A stretch of DNA of 57,998 nucleotides, the filler included, from Bipalium vagum (Eukaryota): assembly GCA_037834085.1 (NCBI GenBank). It is 2 parts of 2 records of this genome, joined end to end, with 100 filler letters (N's around TTAATTAATTAA, not from the genome) between each part and the next. Parts side by side here need not be neighbours in the genome. Positions count along the whole stretch, not along the records: positions 30,095 to 57,998 come from JBBMKC010072992.1; 1 more part is not named here. One strand, written 5' to 3'. How positions within the stretch are numbered: the first letter of the stretch is position 1; each line of letters opens with the position of its first letter. Shown piece after piece: positions 37,331 to 51,600 of this stretch. The notes under the pieces are model-generated. The model was not told the DNA's origin and made no database searches. It was given only the letters and a program-made list of their open reading frames with translations. The position numbers and the translations under genes are program-made.

Positions 37331-38290
37331 CACTGTTTTCACCTCTATTTTGACAACTTTAAGGTTATTTTTGACATTGGAAAGATCTATTTTGACAAAA
37401 TGTTAATTACAAGAGGTATATGTTCATAACGTTAAAATATTCAATTAGAAATACGTTTATTCATTAATAATTTCCTTGTTCAAACCTCTTGCAATGAATG
37501 AAGCCATATTGCTGTAGAAACCGGAGCAATCTTCACTTGTAATAAGCGTTGGCCAATTACATAAGTTCCATTAAAGATTCTTTATTTTCTGGTCTCTCTC
37601 TTCGTACAAATTCCTTCCGTTTTGAAAATACATTTCCTTATTCTTGAAGTTTAATGGAAAGGAACATTGTTCATTATTAAAACCTATTTCGTATAAATAT
37701 TTTTTAAGCAAAGGTATTAGATTTTTTATATATTCAAAAAGGACGGGTTTGAGCAGCATAATACAAAAAAAGATTCCATATTCATTGTACAGAAAACAGA
37801 TATTTTTCTTGATCTTATGTTCCTTGTAAAGATTGGACAACCTGAATGTTTTTTTCCTTTAAAAGATCGATCTCTCTTAGCTCTCATGCTTACATTAAAA
37901 CATGAAAATACATAAAAATACGTTACTTTCAGAAACTTGAGAAGGAAGTTTAATAAAATCTTGATTGTATATTGGATGCAGACTGACGAATGTAATTCTT
38001 GCTGCAAATTAATAAACTAATATTATTTTTAGCATTTTGTCTTTATTTTTTATTTTTACGTATCACGCCTTTTAGCGATACTTTGTATTTCTGATTTTTC
38101 TGTTGACATGAAATAAATTTATTTATTAAATAACATAAGCAAATGATGAGAATCAAAGTTTTAGAGATGTCAAAAAATTAGGATTAATATGACTTCCGGA
38201 AAAATAACTATTAATATTGAAACATGTGAAAAGGTACATTTGTATCTCAGGTATCTGAGGATTGTCTGTCAAAAATATCATGGTTTTTGT
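37331..38290 (-). mobile_element. Decayed IS630-like/Tc1 element
   Basis: FNVSMRAKRDRS, NIRSRKISVFCTMN, LIMNNVPFH, FSKRKEFVRR, ITSEDCSGFYSNMASFIARGL; repeated TATTTTGACA / TGTCAAAAA subterminal motifs; boundaries approximate. Confidence 0.78.
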
Positions 38291-39639
38291 TTCAGTTAAG
38301 CAAAGAAATTCTGTTAAATCTTTTTTCTGATATCCCTAATGAAAGGCAAATATCCTACCTATTTTTCAATTCAATAATTTTAAATGGCTGCCAACTATAG
38401 CGTCATCTCCATTTAACATAACTGTGGTTCTCTCCTTCTTAAATAATTATTATTTTCAACTAATGTATTGATTTCGTTACTACGCATTCACTGTAGATGA
38501 TGGTTCAGAAGAATTTCAATTTTAAGGCAGATATCATCACCCCAAAATGTATAAACAATACAAGAAACCTTTGGTTCTTTAATTGCATCCTTTTCATGAA
38601 TATTTTAATGATTATATTTGCAGAAAATTTTCATCTCTCAAATAATGAATTCGTCTTCATCCACCATTTTTAAAATTAAAAATCTTTTCAATCATTTCTA
38701 CATAATTATTTTTGAATAAATCTTCTGTACATGTATTTATTATTAAATTATTATTTTAATTTTATTTAGAAATCTATTTGTATAGAAATTTTGAAAGAGT
38801 ATTTAAGAACTTAGATCTTTAAAAAGTTAATTAGCTGAAATTCCTGTTAAAGATGTTTCAGAGAATCATTAAAATATATAATAATTTTATTATCTAAATT
38901 ATTAAATTTTATTATCCCTTATTACTTTAGATTAGTAATTACTTATATGTTTTGAAATTCATATTGAAACAAAATTAAGTTTAGAAAGTTATTTATTAGA
39001 ATATAGAGGAAAATCGAAATAAAAAATAAATTAACAATATAATATAAATTAATAATATAAATTATTTCCACTCATTTATTTATAAATTTCTAATTTATTT
39101 TAATTTTTTCATTATTTATAAAATTTTATAAGGTGAAATCATACTAACTATATTTAAATATGTTTTATTTTTTTATATATTTTATTTTTATATTTAAAAA
39201 TTAAATATTTTTCAAATTGTAAACAAATTTTTAAATTATTTTTAATTATAGAATTTGTTGTTGAAAACGTATACAACTAAGGATATAAAACATCAATATT
39301 CGAGATATTTTTTGTTCTGTGATAAGAAAATTACAATTAAAGAAATTAAAAATTATAAGGGATCATTTTCAATGACCTTATTTTAGAATAAATTTGTAAA
39401 AAGATAATTAAAATTATAATTTATTTATATTCTATTTTAATATTATAGATATTATTTCAAAAATCAGGAGATAATTTAAACGTAAAACAAAAATATTAAA
39501 ATATTATAATGTAGCCATATGAAGATTAAAAAAATTAGAAGTGTCAAATATTTTAATAAAAAATATAAAATATTATTATTATTAACAAATTATAATTTTA
39601 ATATATTTAATAATAAGGCAAAAATTTCAGACACCAGCA

Positions 39640-41061
39640 TGGGTGCACTAAAATTTAGAACAGAAGACAATAAACAGTTCAATTTACTGTATCTATTTTA
39701 AATTTTCTGAGGGATTTTAAAAACAAAATTCTTTTGTAGTATTTTAATATTATTCCCTGATCTCATAAACCTACCTCAATTATAATTTTCTTCTCATAAA
39801 GTATTAACATAAAGTTTTAATGAAAACATATCATGATAATTTTTTTATGGCGCTAAAATTGATTTGTAATATTTATTGATACAATATTAAGTAATTAATT
39901 TTTAATTTTAGAAATGGAAAAGATAACTTTTAAATTAACACAAGAAATGAAAAGGCATGCAGTTATTGTTGCATTAGCCGCCGGACACAGTGACTTAGAA
40001 ATTTCCAAATTTCTTAATGTGGCCAGATAGTTTGTCAATAAAATTTGAAAGGAATTTTGTAAATCTGATCGAAATGTTTCCTCTTTATCTAAAAGAAAAA
40101 ACAATTTTCTCACATTCAGACATTCAGAAATGTTAATTTTGTTCTAAACGTTCAGGATGTTGTTCATGAAAGTCCCGGAACATCAACGAGAGAAATTACC
40201 CATCGACTATCGGTTTCTGAGTCAACAGTAAGACGAACGGTACACAATGATTTAAAATGCAAGTTCTACGTCATGAGAAGAAGACAATTTGTCAGCAAAG
40301 AAAATCTTTTAATCCGCTCGAAATGTCTTTTAAACAAAATCAAGCATCCTGATCATCCAAACATGCTACGGCTTTATTCTGATGAAAAACCTTTTACTCA
40401 AGGTCAAAAGGTTAATAGGAGGAACGATCGATAGCTGTGCTCCAGTGCTTCTGAAGTCCCTAATGTTATGTACACAAAGTTTCCATCATCTTTAGTGATA
40501 TTAGGTGTTCTGAGCAACGAAGGTCGTGTTATTCCTGTGTATTTCTTTTCACAGGGACTTAAAATTAATGCATCTCTAGTGTCTGGATACATATGTAGAG
40601 TCCTGGATTGACAAAGTTGCCCACGGAAGGCCTTATGTGTTCTCCCTGCCATATAGCATTAAAAACACAAAAATGATTATCGCTAAATTTTAATGATCAT
40701 GTCACTCCAAACTTATGGCAACCTAGCTCACCCGATTTAAATCCTTTGGACTATTTCGTATGGAGCGTCGTAGAGAAGGAGACCAACAGACATCCTAATA
40801 ATACCAAAGATTCATTACGAGCTTCTATAAGTTCTACTATGATAAATAGGAACAAAATTCATTTGATAGCGGATTATTAGGTTTTCAGAAGCTGTCTTGA
40901 AGCTCTAATTGACACTGAAGGCAATTTTATTGAATAAATAAAACTTGTGTACTTAAAACAAATAATGTTTCTAATATTGCTTAAAAATATACATTCTTTT
41001 CATTGAAAATATTACTTACCTTTAATATCAATTTTTGTCCTCAAATAGCTGACGCACCCTG
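39640..41061 (+). mobile_element. Near full-length defective maT (DD37D) element; transposase relic 39914-40937
   Basis: MEKITFKLTQEMKRHAVIVAL...YSDEKPF...NRRNDR...TKFPSSLVILGVLSNEG...WQPSSPDLNPLDYFVWSVVE...EGNFIE*; right TIR ...GCACCCTG|TA; second catalytic D deleted; left TIR only weakly matched. Confidence 0.88.
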
Positions 41062-42729
41062 TATATATAGAAATCAATATTATACATCTCTTCTTATACT
41101 CACTCAAGGGGTATTGTTATGTAATATTTTTTTCTTTTATCAAGAGTTTAATTGTAATCTTTTATTTTTTAATATCTATTAAATTAGGGTTTCCATTATA
41201 TCCGAGTCATTTCATTAGTAAAATATATGTACTTGAAGACGGAATTCAAAAAAGCCTATTACACCCGGGTTCTATTGTATATATACGTTCTTATGACTTA
41301 AACCTTACATAAAAATAAATAAGCAAACCTTAAAAATTTGAATGAATTATTTTTTTAATAAATAAATAAAAAAACTTTTAAGTAAACTAATTTCAGGTAA
41401 TTACTTACAGCCATTTACATATTTCATATAATATATTAAATATAATTATTTTCTATTTGAAACAAAACATCGAATAATTTTAAAATTTTTTTGTGTGATG
41501 AAAAATTTTTTAAAATAAATTTCAAATAAAAAGGCATTGTATATGAGTGAGTGTTTGAATAAATGAGCCACGATTTTAAGAATTTTCTTACTTTGAAATA
41601 ATGTTATATTTAAATCATTGTCCTTTTTATTTTAATAAAATAGAGCAAAATATTAAATACCCCTGAGAGTCATGATTACACTGTTGGATTATATATTTTT
41701 AAGAACTTTCCTGATTAGATTTTTTATTTATCTTAATGATGCTTTGAATTCGTTTTATAATTGATTCCGCATCTCAAGATAATATAATATAATATATGAT
41801 ACAATATGATATAGCAGTGGGGAATGTTCATTTCATTAATTCACTGCTGTTCCTTTTCTTAAAGTTTTAAAACTATTTTGGAGAGGTTCCAAATAAATTC
41901 TACTTCCAAATCTGACATATTTTAACATATTTAAGATAAAGCTGTAAGAAAAGTTGTACTGTCCAGTCATACCAGTGTTACAAACGTGATTTAAACCAAT
42001 AAAGATAATTTTAAAGAATTAATTCAATCTTCATTACAACAAAAAACGTGCCTAATTTGAATTATTCTTAATTTTTTATTATATCAAATTATATATCACA
42101 TTTGAAATGTAGGACGAAATATTAACATAGGGTAACACAATTTGATAACTATACTTCAGTGTTACACTTTGTTTTCTAGGTTTCATGCTATAAATTTTGT
42201 CAATGAAGAACATTTACCTTTTGCTAAATCAACCAAAGAAGTTGATAAATTTTATTAAAAAGAAGACAAGTTAAAGAGAATCGGTCTTTTACGCAAAGGA
42301 AGAATAGGAAATTTGTTTAATTTAAAAGTTAATAATCATTCGAAACACTGGTTATTTTGCATACCTGATATTTAATTCTAACCATAATCTACCTTGGGGT
42401 TTTTGCTGAAAATTGAGAGGTACAAGTAATTTCCTAAAAAACCATAGTGATTTGGTAAAATTACTTACATATGAAAGTGGTTTCTGAGAAAGAGAAGAAA
42501 TACATTAAAACACACCAACAGTTTTAACCAAAGTTTAATTTATTTAATATACAAGTGGAAAATCAGAACAATAATGCCAAGGCTTACTTTTATTAACAGG
42601 AGAAATTAATTAAAGAGTTAAAAGTTTTTCACCGTGATAACGCAATGGATGGAATGTCATAAAAAATAAATAAAACAAATAAAAATAAAATAAATAAAAT
42701 AAAATAAAATAATAAAATAAATAAATGTC

Positions 42730-43260
42730 ATAAATGTCCAAAAATTACAACCGTCACAATTTTTCAGAGCTTGTGAAATCGTATCCCAACCATATCTAAT
42801 TGTTATCCCTCAGTTTATCTGTCAAATGCGCCATTACTATTTTGGACAGAAGAAAACATTGTATTTTGGTCAAAAGAAAATTCACATTACTATGCAAAAG
42901 TACTCAGCATCGTATTACTCTGATAATTTGGAGGACTATTTCCGATCCACAGTTGGGCTCTTCTTTATTAAGAGTCATCTGAATAGTCAGTGCTATATTC
43001 AGCTTCTTAGAGAGAGATTTTGAAGAGGAAAGCTTAGGTCGTTTTAAAATAGAAGCTATCCGAACTCAGAAATTTTTGAAGAAATGTTTCCGAATCGGTG
43101 GATTGATACCTTTGGCTCAGAGAACTGATCTTACTGCATATGGCATTGTGGTAAATTGTTAGGCAACAAATATTGAAAATTTAAAATGAGTCGGCTATCA
43201 GACATTCATTCACGAACATATACCTGACCGCGTATTCACGTTAAATTATGAGAACTTCAG
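42730..43260 (+). mobile_element. DD41D-like transposase relic
   Basis: VGLFFIKSHLNSQCYIQLL and EEMFPNRWID remnants. Confidence 0.5.
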
Positions 43261-43859
43261 TAGACCCTTACGACAAATTAAGTTTTCAAAGTTTGTGTGG
43301 AGGTTTTTCTGCATGTAATCGTTTTATGAACCATGGTTTTATCAATTCCGTTGAATAAATATGATTTTTTAAGCTGTAGTCACTTTTTGGAATATAGAAT
43401 ATACCACATCGTAAATAACAAAATAGTTTAATTTTTCTAGAAGAAATATAAATAACTTTTCGATACTTTTTATACAGGCTAATATGATAACGTGCAACTT
43501 CTTTTGGAGAATATATGTCAAATTATTAAAAATATTGCGACTAATTTGTCTAATCAAATCTGTGCGAGTTTTAACTGAAATATAGGGATAATAAATTCGG
43601 CAATTGTCTCTACATATTTTAAAAGAATTTCTCCATAATTATTAAAGCTATTCAGTTTGGTTTGTATTTTTTTTTAATTTTGTAAAGCACAAAAATGGGG
43701 ATTTTTGTCTTTTTACAGGTTTACCAAAATCTATAAAACCGAATATTATATAAATTTCAAGTATTATATTATTTCAAAAAGTTTAGGAGAAAATTAAAAT
43801 TTCGTCACATTATCTTATGTTACTACAGAGTGCAGGAATAGTTCTTTCAATTTTAATTA

Positions 43860-44553
43860 CAGTAGTTGACGCTTAATGTGATCGCGGTTAATGTTATCAA
43901 TCGGATATTGTTATCGAATTTTGCAGGAACGGGACGTTTTGTATCAAAATGTCAAAGGCATTCCGCTTATAATTATCACGGATAATGTTATCAAAATAAA
44001 GACCTACATTAATTTCAACAAAGACGTATATTTAAATAAGCATAAAAATTAACTAAAATTAGTTTGATAAAAATTAGATTAATTAAAATTTGTTTTGATA
44101 GATTATTTGCACAAATAATCTACATTAGAAAAGGTAATTTTTTGAAAAATATTTTTTATTTTACATTTATAATCTAATATAGACTTGGAATATGAATGAG
44201 ATAAGAGAGACACGAGGCGTTTTATCACTAAATGAAAAGCAGAATATCCAACATAAATATGACAACCTGCCGAAAATGAGTCAACGTGAAGTAGCAGCGA
44301 ATTTAAAAATTTCTCAGCCACTCTTGTGTAAAATCTTAAAAAGCAGATCGCAACTCTAAATAGATGCACGATCTAATATGAACATGGATCGAAAGAGAAG
44401 ACGAATGGGGAAAGATGAACAAGTCAAGGAAGCCTTAAAATTATGGTTTTGTAATGTTCGCCAAAAGAATGCTCTGATTAATGCGCCTATTATCTGTCAA
44501 AAGGCTGAAGAAATTGCAAAGATGATGGGGAGAAATGATTTTATTGCCACAGA
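43860..44553 (+). mobile_element. pogo/Tigger 5' end (psq-type and CENP-B-type HTH), truncated
   Basis: TA|CAGTAG TIR with repeated TGTTATC sites; MSQREVAANLKISQPLLCKILK and RKRRRMGKDEQVKEALKLWF...QKAEEIA. Confidence 0.85.
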
Positions 44554-44554
44554 T

Positions 44555-45120
44555 ATTTTTTTTCATTTTTGTCTAATCATTTAGCAGAAAGCTTTCTGCT
44601 GTCATAAAAAACCCATTTCTCATCACATGTAACGATATCATCAAGAAATGGTCGCTTTCATTCCGTTTAAGAAGTGATCAACAGATCTCATAAAAACAAT
44701 TCTCTTGATTTTTGTTCTAAATATGTAGTACGAATTTGTCAAGATTTTTTACCTTTCCCATGATAGGAATCCTACTGTTTCAGGCGACACCAAACCGTTT
44801 TATAATTAACGTCTATTTCTATGGCAACTTACCTTGTTGATTTATGGTAAAAAAAAGTTTTAAAATATTATGAGAAATATACAGAGGTTGACAGGTCATT
44901 TTTAAAATTTGTTGAGGCATTTAGGAAGGATTGGAAACATACGTTGTTCTCCAAGTAATTTAGTGGCAGCCAGATTTAGCATATCCTGTTCGTTATTTGA
45001 TCGATCAGCACAAGTTATATTCTTCCATTTGGAGAAGAGGTTTTTCATGTGATTTTAGAAAGGAAGAAACATTAGCATATGATTTGAATATTCATTTTCG
45101 ACTTAACTGATATTTGCTTG
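44555..45120 (-). mobile_element. Mariner 5' half abutting the Tigger fragment
   Basis: SLLKRNE..FLDDIVTCDEKWV remnant; upstream boundary approximate. Confidence 0.7.
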
Positions 45121-45495
45121 AGTGCCCATTCAAAACTAATTGAACGATTAATTTCTTAGTTGAGTTTTCAACTGTCATTTGAAAAAAATGGTACAATTGC
45201 CATATAAATAAAAACATTTTTACTTTTCATTATGAAAATTTTTTTAAAAATATTTTAAATTACAATGTCTAATTTTAAAAATTGATTGTCCAAATTTAAA
45301 GATGAAATATCAAATCTTGTAACCAATAAAAAAATCCACGTGTATAGTACGAAGAAAATATGTTAAATTATGATGTTACTTAAAATAGAAAATAAATCTT
45401 TAAAAAAGTATTAGTAAATTTTCTGAAACTTTTACCTGAAATTTGATTAAAAGAATTTATTAATTTTTAAGCTCATAATTAACCATTTATTTCAG

Positions 45496-45642
45496 GTTGC
45501 TAGACATTGGTCTGTTCCGCTACGAAACATCGACTATATTTCAAGGTCTATTCACGCCGGTTCTCTTTCTCGTAATTTTAATTGTCCAACTTCGATATTT
45601 TCACAAGCCATTTCTAAAATTATCATCCTTAAATCGCTTCAA
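45496..45642 (+). CDS. PIEZO: Piezo exon, LLDIGLFRYETSTIFQGLFTPVLFLVILIVQLRYFHKPFLKLSSLNRF
   Basis: tttcag acceptor, gtaatt donor, 147 nt, phase 2/2. Confidence 0.88.
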
Positions 45643-48600
45643 GTAATTTTATTGAAACTCTTATTAATTATTTAAAAGTTAAATATTTTTATTAATTTAT
45701 TAACCAATGGTTTCTTTAAAATAAGAATTCCTTTCAGTATCTTTCATTATATTGTTAAGGTAGTAACAGTCATTGTTCCAGAACAGTTTTCAATTTTTAT
45801 ATTACTCTTTTTAATTAAATTAAGAATATTTTATTTGTTTGATGTTAAGAAATTCTTTTTATTTAGATTAAAAAAAAAGTTAAGAAGTTTTTAAAATTAT
45901 TTAACAAAATGTACATCATTGTAATCGATAATCTGTTTATTAAAAGAAACTTTCTTAATCATTACATCCTATTGTTTTCAGTTTGCTAAGGTTCATCCAC
46001 TGTCTTCATTTTTTGTACAAGTATTTCCAAACACATAAAGTATAGAAAAATAATGATCTGGGTATTTTAATATTATTTATTATAATTACCGTATATACTC
46101 GAATATAAGTTAAGGTTTTTTCTATAAAATTTGATGAAAAAATGAGGTCGACTTATATAAGAGTCATAGCAGTTTTAACAAATGTAATGGCTGTATTTAT
46201 GCAATGTATCACGTTGTGTTCATAATTTTGGACAGATGACACCACCGCTGCCGAAGATTTTGACGAATCGGATGATAACGACTTCTATTCAGACCATATG
46301 ACTAATGAGCAGGCATTGCAATTTCTTCAATGAGACTCGGATTCCGAATTTTGTGGTTTTGAATAAATGTTACCTATGATGCTATGTTTGTAAATAAAAA
46401 TATATAAATATTACCTCGACTATTTTGCAATAAAGTATCAAAAGATTGACATTTTTCCTTGTTATTTTCCAAATGTACGAAAGAGGAAACTACCCAGACA
46501 TATATTTTTACCTCGACTTATATAAGAGTCATACGGTTTTTCACAGAATTTCCCATCTACCCCCTCGACTTATATTCGAGTATCTACGGTATTAAAAGTA
46601 ATTTAAAATTTAAAATATTAGTTTAAGAAACACTACTGGTTTCTAATCAATAACATGTTGTTTTAAGCTACAATAGATTTATTTTTCAGAAAATTTAAAA
46701 AATAAAATCAATTTTTAGTAATACTTCATGAACTTTAAGAACTTCATGATTGACAGATTAACTGTCCAATCAGAGACTTAAATCATATTGAAAAAAATTA
46801 TAACTCAGCGTAAAAATCATTATTTTGACCCAAAGATTGCCAAGTTAAAATACTATTTGTTTTTATTCTTTAGAAAATTTGTTGTGACTATCCAGGGATA
46901 TCTTGGCGCAACATTTTGATTATTTAAGGCTGATTGAATGTTGGAATTTGTTGTGCTGTTTGTTAAGAAAAGTTCATAAGTGGTTCTGAGTTTTCATTTT
47001 AATAGATTATGAGCTTAAGAGAGACTTACTACATAATAACCTCTGGGTTGATTAGTTACGCTAAGGTTTTCGTCAACATGTTGAAGAACATACTCAATTG
47101 TTATTGGTAAACAGAAGTCACTAATTAATTATATCATTACAATTAAATGAAATTTTCATCTGCAAAATTAAAAGGATTAATATGACGAACTCGCTCAGTA
47201 TCATTGAAATCTTTAAAAATTTCGAGTATCAAATTACCTATCATTTCAAACTTGTTATTAAAAAAAATTACCTAATAAAAAAATGATTTTTCTTAATAAT
47301 CACCTCAAAATGACAAGTAGAATTCAAATAAAAGCCAAAAGAATTTTCACCTAAACTTAATATTTTATTAATAAAACTTTGCAGCTGAAGGTCATATTAT
47401 ATTTTTGGTGAAGAGGCAAATAAATGTGAAATAATAAATGAAAAGTTTTCTTTTTACTTGTTAAGGTTTTGAATAAAGCTTTTCACATACCTATTCATCA
47501 AAACCAATTTAGATCTGGTTGGACATTAAATTGGAGATTTAAAGATTTTTATTATTGAACACTATGTGAAAAATAATTTACAAAATTTGGTCACTTAAAA
47601 ATAATTTCAGATATGTATAATACATAAACAAACATTGTCGATTGATATGGAAAGTCCTCAGAAAAGTTGGTCATATCCCACGAATTCTTTACCTTCTTTG
47701 AAAAGCCTGTGTTAGAATAATTTCGTGCTTTGGACTTGCGTTGATCATAGAAATATTTCTCCATTATTCGTAGTGTTTTGGAACACATAACTTTCACCCA
47801 ACAAAATTTAATACAAATCCGTTGATCTTCAAATAATGATATATTAAAAAATCGTTCGTTAATGTTTATCTGATTATTTAAACAAAGATATCTCCTTAAA
47901 TAATAAGCTTAATAATATAATACTTTGGATTTACATTAATGAAACATCTGTCCAAAATAAAAAAATGAAATTTCATTGCCGGGATTTTATATAACCTCTA
48001 CAATTAGAGAAAAGAAATTGTCTCAAGATTTTTGACAAACCTCAGATATACAAAGTGTTATTTTTATAATTGATTATCGATTAGAATAGCCAAAAGCTCT
48101 TCAGTATTACTTATTATAAGAGTCAAACAATTTTTTATCAGACATCTTACAATTATAAACAAAAGAATGGTTTGTAATATATAATAATAAATGTTTTCAT
48201 ATATATTAAATGATTTTATTACTAAAACCCTCAATCACAGTGAAGATTATATAAAATACAAATAAAAATATTATTTAAAGCCTTTTTGAATAAATTTATT
48301 ATTTTTTGTTGAAATATTTCAAAAAATAAATAATATTATTTGAGATAATTTTAAATATTTCGGAAAGGTTTCTTCTTAAATATAATTTTAATTTACAACG
48401 ATTTATTAATTTATCACATTATAACATATCATCAAGGTAAATTTTTCTCTGTCTTGATTGGTTACTGATATTCTCCCAGCTGAAAGTATTACTTTTATTA
48501 ATAATCAGTTAATTTATATTTAATTATTATTTATCACCTGAAATATACTTAAAAATTTAATTATCGTGGGAATATTTAAGAAATCTTTTAATTTGTTTTT

Positions 48601-51600
48601 TAGCAATTACAGAAATAGAGATGAGGAAGATTATAGAACAAATGAAGGACGTTCCTACACTTTGCCATCCAGTTTGGCAAACTCTGAAGCTTCTGGTATG
48701 TATAGGAAATTGAGAGTATTTATAATTAAAATTATTTTATTTCATTTCCGTCCTGAAAATATTTCTTCACAATATTAAAATTATACAGTATTAAAAATAT
48801 TTTAAAATGTGTAAAAAATATATAATAACATTTTCTTCAGACTTATAATATTGTTCAAGGACCAAGAATTATGTGTACAATTTGAAATGGAAAATGTTTT
48901 AAGAGTTCAAAACCTTATTTTCACAAAAATCAACAAAAATTTTTATTCAAAGTAGTTTTTATCTCTATATAAAACTCTGACCGATTTATATAATATTTTG
49001 CGAGTACCATAAAAAAATTTCCTCTTTTAATATGACCCACTCATCAAATTTATTTTTGACATCCATGAAGTTATAAGAGCGATGTTCAGAGAATCAATGA
49101 GCCATCTATTTAAACATGTAATTATCAGTTTGAGCAATGTCTGGCGAATATCCTAATAACGTACACCCAACGTTTCCTTTACTGTTTTAAAAAATAAGCA
49201 GTGTTATCATGTAGAAAATGACTTGATCATGACATTCGGTGTTTTTTCTCTCAATGCACCACTTAACTTAACAAATTGTTGTTGATAATGATCATCGGTA
49301 TTCTTCTGACCAGACTGTAAGAAATCTTATACAACACATCTTTCTGATTGCGCTTTCAGATCAATGATGACGGTTGATCTGTCTCACCAAGATTTTCAAC
49401 TTTCTGGAATATTGATGTATCTTTTTTCGTCTTCCTTTGACGATACAGTGCAAGAACGATTGTGATTTTTCATCAGCATTTCACAACTATTTTTGAATAA
49501 TTTTTGTTTCGCTCATTCCATGCTTATTCAATACCATTTTCCGTCTTTCAAAATCTTTCTCATTGCCCGCAATCAACCAGAATTTGCTTGTTTGCTTACT
49601 TGTAAGGCATCCACAGTTTGTTGAATTTATGCTTAGTTTTCATTCAACAATGCTTGCAAATCTTATCTTCAAAATTTTTCGATTGACTTTGATGTTTGAT
49701 GTCTTGTACACTGAATTATTTTTAAATCTATCGAAACAACGTGTAAATGTTTTTTTCGCTATAAGCTTTTACAATAATATGGTTACTCTCAGCAGCTTTT
49801 TTCTTTTGAAGACATAAAAAAACACCTGCAGGAAATGAAAATTAAGATACGTTTATTGAACAAAAATATATTACACCCATCGTTAAGAAGTAAGACATAT
49901 TTTGAATTAAATCGGGTAAAAAATATTAAATAAAAAAATATATGTGAATACTAAAACAATTTGTTTTAATAAATCGAAATATCGTGTCTTAAATCATCAT
50001 TTTCAATTTGTACACCTAATAATTTCGTATTTTGGTAATATGCAGGTTGCTTCATAAGTCACTTGAAAATAAAAACAATTTTATTATAAAAAATATAGGC
50101 AGACTCTAGTAGAATTAATGTTAATGTTATAATCAAGTCAGGAATATTGTAATATTCGTAGTAAATGTTTGATATGTCCACCATATTCTGTCACTACAGC
50201 CTCTAATCGAACAACCAAATTTTCAACGGCTACTGCAGTTGTCTAGCTTGCCTCTGCTAGGTTTAAGTTTGGAAATAATTTTCTCCTTAGTTTTAGGCTG
50301 ATTCTGATGATTAACTGTAAACCCCATTTCCAGTAATCGCATACATTTAGGTGTGGAGAAGTAGAAGGTCATAATTTTGGAAAGTGCCTCCAGATAACTA
50401 GGTCTTTTCAAAACTATTGTATTAGAAGCTCTTTAACATTGCTAAAGATATACAAATGAAAATAGCAGAACAAAGTTTCATATTCTTCCTCAAATCTAGA
50501 AGAACATGCTCTTTAATCATTGAACGATAGACCATTGATAGTTTCAAGGTAGATAAAACGGGGTATTTGTAAAATTCTGCACATCGTTTATCTTGCGTAG
50601 ATGAAAATTCTGACTTTTCTAATAAATAACATCTCCTGTTTCTTTGAATTTTTGTGACAATTTTTTATGGAATTTATAGGAAAAGAATCCTTTATTAGAC
50701 CGAGCTCTTTCTTAAACTTTAATAGAACGACAGTTGCATTTACGTCACATGTATAAAGACAATAATAATTCTTTTAATCATGCTTTATATAAGAAAAAAC
50801 AAGGAAATTAAAATATTAGCTACAAAAAAATTAATATTGATTTGGAGCTTCTGATCATCTCTTTGATACTGCTTTAATGCATTTGCGATAAAATTTGGAT
50901 TTCTTCGAGTCGAAAGACCGAGATGGCTTTTTTAATGGTTTTTTAATTTTGAAACTCTTGTCTAATCAAATGATTTTTGGAAAGATCAAAATAAGTATAA
51001 ATTCGATGAAACGATGTCACAGGAGAATATGGTAGATATGATAAGACCTCCCATCCAAACATCGTTATCTTTTATTGAGTCAATGGAACAGTATGCAGTC
51101 TCGCATTGTCTTGTTACAGGATCACATTTTTATTGGTTTTTTTTAAAAAGACGATATTTTGATTCTGTCTCGCTAATTTTGAGAATAGAGTTTGGTATTA
51201 ATTGTTTTGTCATTTTCCACCAGTTTCCAATAGATAATGCCAGGGATATAATATATAGAAGCATGGAAAATAAAGTTCTTTACCGAATTTTCATTTTTAA
51301 ATTTTGTATTTAAATGTATCATTGTTCAGAGGAATATTCATCTTGATTATCAACTATCAACAAAGACTTAGTTAACGACACATTAGTTCTTTTTTCAAAG
51401 AACATGATGAATCTAAAATCAAGAAACAATTGTTATATTCCTGTTATTTCTTCTTCATTTAGAAATCTTTTCCCATTAAAGAAGTGCTGCAAAAATCAGA
51501 TTCTTTCGGTATATTAGAATGAAATTTTGGTTAAAACCTTTTTTTCATTCTTTTTTATTCATAATTTTCATGTATGTGATTATCGAAGTTTGTAGCCTGG

